DNA of 64,000 nucleotides, taken from assembly GCA_049320885.1 (NCBI GenBank), contig JBMORA010000045.1, positions 18,511 through 82,510 on the forward strand, given 5' to 3'. Shown piece after piece: positions 18,118-25,246 of this stretch. The notes beneath the pieces were generated by a model. That model was not told the DNA's origin. It did no database searches and was given only the letters and a program-made list of their open reading frames with translations. A program made the translations under genes and the position numbers. How positions within the stretch are numbered: position 1 is the first letter of the stretch; every line of letters starts with the position of its first letter. The stretch is from Thermodesulfobacteriota bacterium. GTDB lineage: Bacteria; Desulfobacterota; Desulfobacteria; Desulfobacterales; SURF-7.

Positions 18118-19423
18118 CCATGTTCTTTTGAAACAACACTTTCATCAGAGTCCCCTCGCCGGGCTTGCTGTGCACTTCGATCCGTCCCTGATGGGCGTCC
18201 ATGATGGTCTTGCACAGACTCAGACCGAATCCGTAGCCCCCGGTGGCCCGGGACCGGGAGGGATCGCCCCGGTAAAACGGCTCGAAAATGAAGGGCAGGT
18301 CCGCTTCCGGGATGCCGCAACCGTAATCCCGGACGGCCACGGCGGCTTCCGCCGGATCCGGCTCCACCGTGACACTGACGGCCGGACCGTCCGGGGCTGA
18401 ATGCTTGACGGCGTTGTTCAGGATATTGCGCAGCACGATGGCGACCAGGTCCGCGTCGATGTCGAGAACCAACCGGGCGGTCAAAGGCTCAGCCTCAACA
18501 GACGGGCGGGCGTTCCGGTATTCCCGGACCACGGCGGCCACCAAGTCACCGAGATCCGTCGGTCTGCGCCGGATCCGGCCCTGGGCATGACGGATGCGGG
18601 CTTCCTCCAGGATCGTGGCGGTCATCAATTCCATTTCCTGGACATCTTCCCGGAGACTCTCCCTGGCGGGGTCCTCCGGCATCAGGGCGAGGGCCACCTT
18701 CATCCGGGTCAGGGGGGTCCGCAATTCATGGCTCACATCCAGGAGCAGCCGGTTTCTTGCCTGAATCATCCCCCTGATCCGGCCGACCATGTCGTTGAAG
18801 GCATGGATCAGTTCTCCCAGCTCATCGGAGCGCCGGCCGTCGATGCGGTGGTCCAGATTGCCGGCGCTCACCTGTCCGACCCCTTCGTGCAGCCAGGTGA
18901 CCGGCCGGAGAATCCAGCGGATCACGGCATAGGCCGCGGCGATCAGCGCCGACAACAGCAGAATCAGCAAACCAAGGTGGACATAGCCCATCCAGTCGAA
19001 TCCGGAATCCTTCCCCAGCATGAACGTGAATTCGGCGCCGTCGCGGCGAACGCGGATCATCCTGCGGCCATGATGCGCCCGGATGCTGACATCCCGGTCC
19101 CTATAAACGGTCCGCCAGCGATGAAAGGGAGCTGTTTCCATCGAATCGGAAGTGGACCAGGCGTAACCGGGACCGCTGTAGGAAATCTGCAGCAGGTAAC
19201 GGCGGGACATCTCCCGGGCTTTCTCCAGGCTGGGCCGCGGGCCGAGTTCCTGAACCAGGTAGCGGACGTAATTGGCGGAATTGCGCAGGTAGGGTTCCCG
19301 GCCGGCGCGGAAGATATGGTGCAGAAAAAAACCGCCCGCCAGCAGGTTGACGCCGATGCCCGTTACCACCAGCACCACCATCAAGCGGCTGAAAACGGAG
19401 CTAAGCAGTTTTCGGTTCCCCAT
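18098..19423 (-). CDS. HAMP-domain sensor histidine kinase (CpxA-like)
   Basis: Two TM segments, HAMP, SHELRTPLTR, NILNNAVKH, DYGCGIP, GFGLSL. Start set at MGNRK. Confidence 0.92.
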   Translation of the reverse strand: MGNRKLLSSVFSRLMVVLVVTGIGVNLLAGGFFLHHIFRAGREPYLRNSANYVRYLVQELGPRPSLEKAREMSRRYLLQISYSGPGYAWSTSDSMETAPFHRWRTVYRDRDVSIRAHHGRRMIRVRRDGAEFTFMLGKDSGFDWMGYVHLGLLILLLSALIAAAYAVIRWILRPVTWLHEGVGQVSAGNLDHRIDGRRSDELGELIHAFNDMVGRIRGMIQARNRLLLDVSHELRTPLTRMKVALALMPEDPARESLREDVQEMELMTATILEEARIRHAQGRIRRRPTDLGDLVAAVVREYRNARPSVEAEPLTARLVLDIDADLVAIVLRNILNNAVKHSAPDGPAVSVTVEPDPAEAAVAVRDYGCGIPEADLPFIFEPFYRGDPSRSRATGGYGFGLSLCKTIMDAHQGRIEVHSKPGEGTLMKVLFQKNMVNIQRS

Positions 19424-20120
19424 GATGGTCGGCGGCCTCCCCGGGATCGATGAACACATAGCCGGCACCCCAAACGGTTTTGATGAAGACCGGCGCCTTG
19501 GGGTCATCCCCCAGTTTTTGCCGCAACCGGCTCATGGTGATATCCACCGAGCGGTTGAAGGCGTCGCAATCCATGCCCCGCAGGGCCTGGAGGATACTGT
19601 CCCGATCCATGACCTTGCCGGGCCGGGCCGTCAGCAGGACAAGCGCGGTGAATTCGTTGGTCGTCAGCGGGAGCAGATTCCCGTTCAGCCGTGCTTCCCG
19701 CCTTGCCGGATCCACGGACAGGGGGCCGAACCGGCGGACAGGTTCCGGCTCCTGTTTTCCGTAGCGCCGCAGGACACTGTGAATCCTGGCCGCCAGCTCG
19801 CGCGGTTCGAAAGGCTTCGGCAGATAATCATCGGCGCCGAGTTCCAGGCCCACCACGCGGTCCGTCCAATCCCCCCGGGCCGTGAGCATGATGATGGGCA
19901 CCTTGCTCCGGCCGCGAATCCGTTTGCAGACTTCAAAACCGTTCATATCCGGCAGCATGACATCCAGGATGATCAGATCCGGCGGGTCCTTCTCGATCTT
20001 CCGGAGCCCTTCCACGGGATGGATCGCCGTCATGACGCGAAATCCGAAATTCGATAGATATTCCTCCAGCAGCCGGTTCAATTTCGGGTCATCGTCGATG
20101 ATCAGCAGCTTCGGTTGCAT
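19401..20120 (-). CDS. OmpR/CpxR-family response regulator
   Basis: LIIDDD, ILDVMLPDMNG, GADDYLPKPF, winged helix SRLRQKL...TVWGAGY. Confidence 0.95.
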   Translation of the reverse strand: MQPKLLIIDDDPKLNRLLEEYLSNFGFRVMTAIHPVEGLRKIEKDPPDLIILDVMLPDMNGFEVCKRIRGRSKVPIIMLTARGDWTDRVVGLELGADDYLPKPFEPRELAARIHSVLRRYGKQEPEPVRRFGPLSVDPARREARLNGNLLPLTTNEFTALVLLTARPGKVMDRDSILQALRGMDCDAFNRSVDITMSRLRQKLGDDPKAPVFIKTVWGAGYVFIDPGEAADHHGEPKTA

Positions 20121-20172
20121 ATCTTGCTCCGGCCATCGGGGCGCCGGATCACACCGGCGCCCCGAATCCCGA

Positions 20173-20613
20173 TCACTCGGCGCCGCAGTGCAGCTTCCGC
20201 AGTGATTCCAGTTTCTCGACCAGTTGTTGTTTCTGTTCCACCGTCAGGGTTTTATGGAAATCCGCCAATCGGGACACCGCAAGGGATATCAGCCCGTCGA
20301 TTTCCGTCCGGACGCCCGCGATGGCCTCCAGAACCCGTTCCTGATCCATGACCTCGGCGCCGATCTGGGCCATGATTTCCTCCCGGGCCCGCCGGTGGGC
20401 CGAGCGCATGCTCTTCAGATCGACCAGGATGTCGGCCTTGGAGTCGTCCAGGATTTCCTGCTGCTCCGGCGTCAGGTTCAGGTCATCGAAGAGGAACTCC
20501 ATAACCCGGTCCATCTTCTGCTCCGGCGTGGCATGATGCCGGCATCCGGCCGCCGCGGCGGCCAGGATCGCCAATACCGCGATCCCCGTCATGATCCATT
20601 TCTTGTTTGCCAT
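20173..20613 (-). CDS. Spy/CpxP-family periplasmic (lipo)protein
   Basis: Signal with AAGC lipobox, LNLTPEQQ and LTVEQK motifs, GGAGG RBS; upstream of the RR-HK pair. Confidence 0.85.
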   Translation of the reverse strand: MANKKWIMTGIAVLAILAAAAAGCRHHATPEQKMDRVMEFLFDDLNLTPEQQEILDDSKADILVDLKSMRSAHRRAREEIMAQIGAEVMDQERVLEAIAGVRTEIDGLISLAVSRLADFHKTLTVEQKQQLVEKLESLRKLHCGAE

Positions 20614-20714
20614 AAAGCCTCCTTTCATGTTCCATCTGTTGCTGTTCAGCGCCTGTCCATCGGCGCTCTTGGTTTCCAGGATAGAACAGTCGGGAGGCGA
20701 TTGCTTTTCCGGTC

Positions 20715-20740
20715 TGTAACGCTTTGTATCAATTTGTAAC
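20715..20740. promoter_or_regulatory. Triple direct-repeat OmpR/CpxR-type binding box
   Basis: GTAAC-N5-GTATC-N5-GTAAC with 10-bp periodicity, about 100 bp upstream of the Spy/CpxP gene. Confidence 0.65.
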
Positions 20741-20778
20741 ATCTTCAGCTATCGGTTGGAGATGGTACCCACCGGCTT

Positions 20779-21594
20779 TCAGTTTTTCGCCTTTTTATAG
20801 TACCCCACGGCCTCCGGAAGATGCTCCTTGATTTTCCGGATCCGGGTCTCGTCCGACGGATGGGTGCTCAAAAATTCCGGCGGCTTGCCGCCGCCCGAAC
20901 CGCCGGACATTCTGGTCCAGAAATCCACGGCTGCCTGGGGGTCGTATCCGGCCATGGCCATGAAGATCAATCCCAGGCGGTCGGCCTCGCCTTCGTGCAG
21001 CCGGCTATAGGGCAGAATCACCCCCACCTGGGAGCCCGCGCCGTAGGCGGTCATCCATAGCTGGCGGGTTTCTTCCGGCTTGTTGGCCATGGCCGTGGAA
21101 AGGGCCACGCCGCCCAGCTGCACCAGAACTCCCTGGCTCATGCGCTCATCGCCGTGCCGGGCCACCGCATGGGCGATTTCATGTCCCATCACCACGGCCA
21201 GACCGGTTTCGTCCTTTGCAATGGGCAGGATTCCGGAATATACCACCACTTTCCCGCCGGGCATGCACCAGGCGTTCACTTCCTTGCTTTCCACCAGGTT
21301 GAATTCCCAGGCATATCCCTTCAACAAATGGGACAATTTTTCTTGCGCCATGTAGCGCTCCACCGCGCTCTGAATTTTTTTCCCCACATTCCGGACCATC
21401 TTCACCTGCTTTTCGTCCTTGCTGACCGCATTGGACTTCAGGAACTCGCCGTATTGCTGGTAGCTCATGGACATCATGGTCGAGGCAGGCACCAGATCGA
21501 GCTGCGTCCTTCCGGTCAACGGAACGGTGCTGCAGGCTGCCGCGAGGAACAGCCCCGGAAACAACAAGACCGTACGGAGAAATTTGGTGCTCAT
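20779..21594 (-). CDS. M48-family zinc metallopeptidase lipoprotein
   Basis: AAAC lipobox, NAWCMPGGK, GHEIAH, EADRLG, FLSTHP. Confidence 0.93.
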   Translation of the reverse strand: MSTKFLRTVLLFPGLFLAAACSTVPLTGRTQLDLVPASTMMSMSYQQYGEFLKSNAVSKDEKQVKMVRNVGKKIQSAVERYMAQEKLSHLLKGYAWEFNLVESKEVNAWCMPGGKVVVYSGILPIAKDETGLAVVMGHEIAHAVARHGDERMSQGVLVQLGGVALSTAMANKPEETRQLWMTAYGAGSQVGVILPYSRLHEGEADRLGLIFMAMAGYDPQAAVDFWTRMSGGSGGGKPPEFLSTHPSDETRIRKIKEHLPEAVGYYKKAKN

Positions 21595-21836
21595 GTGCTG
21601 TCAACTCCTTTACCGCTATGATTTCATTTCATGCTGGTTGTCGGCTCACCGCCAGACTCTTATGTATCCAAGACAACGGCATTTGTAAACCCGGACGCTC
21701 CCGAAGGGGCTGAAAAACCGTACGCGCCATCCCGGCGGTTTTTTCAAAAAAAATGCCGCGCGGAGCTTTACTTTTTCGATTTGATCATTGTGGTTCCATC
21801 CGGCGGAAGGTCGCCGGCGGCGGCTTTGTTTTATAA

Positions 21837-22244
21837 ATACCACACGGTATCGATTTAATACACCTGTTTTACACGGGAAGGTGCCTCCTCTATCAAAAAT
21901 CCAGGCCGGAGAACGCTCCGGGACACTGCGCGATGTATGTTTTTCGACCCATCACCTGCCGTCTTTTCGGTTTTTCCGTGACCCGGGATCGAATGGGCCG
22001 GGACAACCTTGCCGCCTGCCGAATCATCCGCCGGACCAGCTCCGCTCTTTTCGAAGCCGCCCGTTCATTTCAATCCGAAGCCCCTTGCTTGTCGGACATG
22101 GGGCTCCGCCTGTACTCCCTGGATCCGAATTCCGGTGACCGGTTGCTGCCCATCAACGAAGCCCTGGAGGCCGCCATCCGCCGCATGGGGCTGTACCTGC
22201 AGATATCCCATGGACGATTGCTGAGCGACCATACCGCAGCGTAC
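21837..22244 (+). pseudogene. 5'-truncated YkgJ-family Cys-cluster gene remnant, in frame with the downstream ParA gene
   Basis: After TAA at 21834-21836 the frame reads GRCLLYQ...GHCAMYVFRPITCRLFG (C-terminal YkgJ motif) with no N-terminal CxxxCxxCC and no RBS. The end boundary is inferred. Confidence 0.6.
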
Positions 22245-22308
22245 GGAGGCAAAAACGGAATTCAAGATAAGAAACGAGGTCGATACAACATATGGTATAT
22301 CTTTACTA

Positions 22309-22337
22309 TTGACACACAATGGAGACCATATTACGGT
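22309..22337 (+). promoter_or_regulatory. Putative sigma70 promoter for the ParA-CBM48 gene
   Basis: TTGACA-17 nt-TACGGT, about 105 bp upstream of the ATG at 22443. Confidence 0.45.
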
Positions 22338-22442
22338 ATCCCATCGGGTGATGTATTCAACAGCCGCGGCATCATCATCGGCCATTCCCCGGGCCGATGC
22401 AGACCGGTTTCAGCCGGAAGGACTCCACCAACCGGAGGCGCC

Positions 22443-23504
22443 ATGCGAATCATAGCGATATCGAATCAAAAAGGCGGATGCGGGAAAACCACCACGGCGG
22501 TGAATCTGTCGGCCTGTCTGGCCCGGAAGGGGAAAAGCGTGCTGTTGATCGATATGGATCCCCAGGCCCATTCCTCCATCGCCCTGAACCTGGATGTAAA
22601 GCAACTTGAAACATCCGTCCGCGATGCCCTGGGGGGACCCGAAACCGGCCGGACCCGGATGGACGAAATCGTCGTTGCCGTCAGCGAGCATCTCCATATC
22701 GCTCCGGCCGATATCACCCTGAGCGCCCTGGAACAACAGCTGGCCATGGTGCCGGGACGGGAAAACCGGCTCAAGGAAGCCATCGCCGGCATGGATCGGG
22801 AATATGAATATGTCATCGTGGATTGCCCGCCCAGCCTGGGCCTGTTGACCTTCAACGCCCTGATCGCCGCCACGGAAATCATCGTGCCCCTGGAAATGAG
22901 CTTGTTTTCCCTGCATGGCGTCAGCCGGTTGCTGGAAATCATCGGACTGGTCCGGGAAAAGACCGGTCATGAGCCGCGGATCCGGATCCTGGCCACCATG
23001 GTTGACGATAGAACCAGAATATCGCGGGAAGTCCTGGCGGATATCGGAAGCCATTTTAAGGAGGCCCTCTTCGCCACCCGCATTCATTTTACCGTCAAAT
23101 TGAAGGAAGCCGCCAGTTTCGGCAAATCCATCGTCGATTACGGCAGGGACAGCCGGGGCCGGAGAGACTACCTGGCCCTGACGGAAGAAGTGATCGCACA
23201 AGATAGCCGGCCGGCATCCTCCCGGTTACGGGAAAAAAGCACCATCATTACCAGACAGTTCACGTTGGATGCCCCCCGGGCGGCCTCGGTGAAAATCGTC
23301 GGCACGTTCAACGACTGGACTCCTTCCGAGAAGTCCGCCATGGAACAACGGTCTGACGGCGTCTGGACAAAAGAACTCTCATTGACGCCGGGCGATTATC
23401 AATACCGGTTTCTGGTGGACGATGTCTGGACGGAAGACCACGCCAATCCCCATGCCGTGGACAACGCCTTCGGGGGAAAAAATTCCTGTATCACCATCCG
23501 CTGA
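22443..23504 (+). CDS. Soj/ParA-family ATPase fused to a C-terminal AMPK-type glycogen-binding (CBM48) domain
   Basis: GGAGG RBS before MRIIAISNQKGGCGKTT (deviant Walker A), IDMDPQAH, VDCPPSLG. The C-terminus has VKIVGTFNDW...GVW...LTPGDYQYRFLVDDVWTED...NAFGGKNS. Confidence 0.9.
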   Translation: MRIIAISNQKGGCGKTTTAVNLSACLARKGKSVLLIDMDPQAHSSIALNLDVKQLETSVRDALGGPETGRTRMDEIVVAVSEHLHIAPADITLSALEQQLAMVPGRENRLKEAIAGMDREYEYVIVDCPPSLGLLTFNALIAATEIIVPLEMSLFSLHGVSRLLEIIGLVREKTGHEPRIRILATMVDDRTRISREVLADIGSHFKEALFATRIHFTVKLKEAASFGKSIVDYGRDSRGRRDYLALTEEVIAQDSRPASSRLREKSTIITRQFTLDAPRAASVKIVGTFNDWTPSEKSAMEQRSDGVWTKELSLTPGDYQYRFLVDDVWTEDHANPHAVDNAFGGKNSCITIR

Positions 23505-23515
23505 AAAGGAAGGCC

Positions 23516-23944
23516 ATGGAAAACAAACGCCTCGGCAGAGGGCTGGAACAGATTTCCGACCTGTTTTTATCCACCGGGAAAGAACGGCCATCCGCTCTTG
23601 ATGGTGCCATGTTCGCGGATCCCGTCGATGAATCCGGGTCCGCCCCTCCGCCGGACGGGGAGAAGGAATCCGCGCCCCCTGATCCCCATGGTGACGGACT
23701 GGCGGCCGATCTGTGCGAGGTGGAGGAACAGGTGAGTGTCCGGAAGAACATCACCTTCCCGCTCCTGCCCGACGCCCGGGAAAAGATGTGGCGGTTGGTT
23801 TGCCGGTATCTGGAATCCGGTTACGGTATCAAGCGGATCGAGTTGATCAAAAGCAGCAGAAACGGCAAGCCCGGCCATCAAAAGACCACGGAAGAGATCG
23901 TCTGTATCGGCACCGAAGACCCGCCGCCCGTCATGAATTTTTAG
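23516..23944 (+). CDS. Hypothetical ParA partner with ParB-type N-terminal KRLGRGL peptide
   Basis: Starts 11 bp after the ParA-CBM stop, AAGGAAGG RBS, MENKRLGRGLEQISDLFLS, then an acidic Pro-rich linker and a small C-terminal domain. Confidence 0.8.
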   Translation: MENKRLGRGLEQISDLFLSTGKERPSALDGAMFADPVDESGSAPPPDGEKESAPPDPHGDGLAADLCEVEEQVSVRKNITFPLLPDAREKMWRLVCRYLESGYGIKRIELIKSSRNGKPGHQKTTEEIVCIGTEDPPPVMNF

Positions 23945-25196
23945 AACCGGCCGCAAGGGTCAGCCGCGTCATTTCATCCCCCCAGGCCAGCGCATCCCGG
24001 AAAGCCTTTCTGACCTTCCCACCGTCGAGTCCCAGATTTTGAATGGCTTTTTCCGCCGCGTCCCACTGGCCTTCCTCGATGATTTCCGACAGTCGCAGGA
24101 GCGGAGCGTATTCATTGTTCGCATCCCGGCACAGGGCGGATTTCAGTTTGTCCTCCAGGGGCAGGTATTGGACGATTTCCGGCATGGGACGGTTGATCAT
24201 GGCGTCCAGCAGGGAGAACATTCCCAGCAGAAACAGGCTTTCCGGATTGAAGCCCCAGAAATCGTGGTCTCTTGCGATCTGTTCCAGGAATTTGCCCCGC
24301 TGGGCTGACAGCACCACCAATTCCGAGCCTTTCTGGCTCTGGGCCATGTCGTTCAGCACCACGACCCGGACCCAGTTCCGCATTTTTTTCCAGCCCAGCA
24401 TGTTGATGGCGTCCCGGATGGACTGGATCTTCTGACGAAAGCCATAGGCAGCGGAATTGATATAGGACAGCAACCGGAAACTGATGGAAACATCCGTGCG
24501 GATGGCCTCGCTCAGTCGTTCCAGATCAGGGTCTTCCTGTTCGATCAGACGCATCAACTGCAGGCGGCTCACCTGATTGGACGATAGTTTTTTCACGCTG
24601 ATCTGTTCCGGCTGCTTGAAATATCCGCCCTGAAACAACTGAAAACCCACATCCTTGCAGACCGTCATCAGGGGCTGGCTCTGGACCTGTCCGGCCAGGG
24701 ACAGACAACCGAAGGGCTCGATCTTTTTCTGGAATCCGTTCAATTCATCCCGGTTTTGTCCGGCGACTTCCACATGGACGATGTCCGCGATTTTCAACAG
24801 GGATTCAGGCGTGGCTCCACCCGCCGCCTCCACCACCAGCATATATCCGTCGGCTTTCAATTGGGCGAGGGTGTCCTCGAATCCCGGTTCGCCGGCGGGG
24901 CGGCCGAGAATTTTCACCGCCGTCCGCTTCGGTGGCAGCGCATACGGCAGTTTGTCCAATACATTTTTGGCCGAGAACCGGACCATGATTTTCCGTCCGT
25001 GGTCCAGCATCTGCTGCAGGCCCATGTAAGTGCCGGAAGCCAGGGTGCCGGCCACCGTGTCCGTATCGAACTCGACGGCCGCGAGCTGTCCGGCTCCGGA
25101 AACCGCGAAGAGTTCATATCCCCACAGATGCTGTTCGGCGTCGAAAATCGGCTGTCGCGCCAGGGATAATGCTGCGACCTCTTTCCCAGTTGTCAT
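23931..25196 (-). CDS. Degenerate EAL plus HDOD domain protein (YuxH-like)
   Basis: LARQPIFD, GYELF, FQGGYF; HDOD motifs DVSISFRLLSYINSA and LFLLGMFSLLDA. Confidence 0.88.
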   Translation of the reverse strand: MTTGKEVAALSLARQPIFDAEQHLWGYELFAVSGAGQLAAVEFDTDTVAGTLASGTYMGLQQMLDHGRKIMVRFSAKNVLDKLPYALPPKRTAVKILGRPAGEPGFEDTLAQLKADGYMLVVEAAGGATPESLLKIADIVHVEVAGQNRDELNGFQKKIEPFGCLSLAGQVQSQPLMTVCKDVGFQLFQGGYFKQPEQISVKKLSSNQVSRLQLMRLIEQEDPDLERLSEAIRTDVSISFRLLSYINSAAYGFRQKIQSIRDAINMLGWKKMRNWVRVVVLNDMAQSQKGSELVVLSAQRGKFLEQIARDHDFWGFNPESLFLLGMFSLLDAMINRPMPEIVQYLPLEDKLKSALCRDANNEYAPLLRLSEIIEEGQWDAAEKAIQNLGLDGGKVRKAFRDALAWGDEMTRLTLAAGSKNS

Positions 25197-25246
25197 GGCG
25201 TCTCCTTTGTCATCAAGTGTTGATCCGCCGCCCGGACCGTCCCGTT

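Noticed and set aside
21933..23504. 523-aa YkgJ-ParA-CBM triple fusion as a single real protein
   Set aside because: An internal promoter-like sequence and strong RBS lie before 22443, the linker looks non-coding, and the YkgJ part lacks its N-terminus.
22443..23944. Chromosomal or plasmid parAB locus
   Set aside because: The partner has no ParB CTPase or HTH domain, I noticed no parS palindrome, and there are no origin or replication genes nearby.
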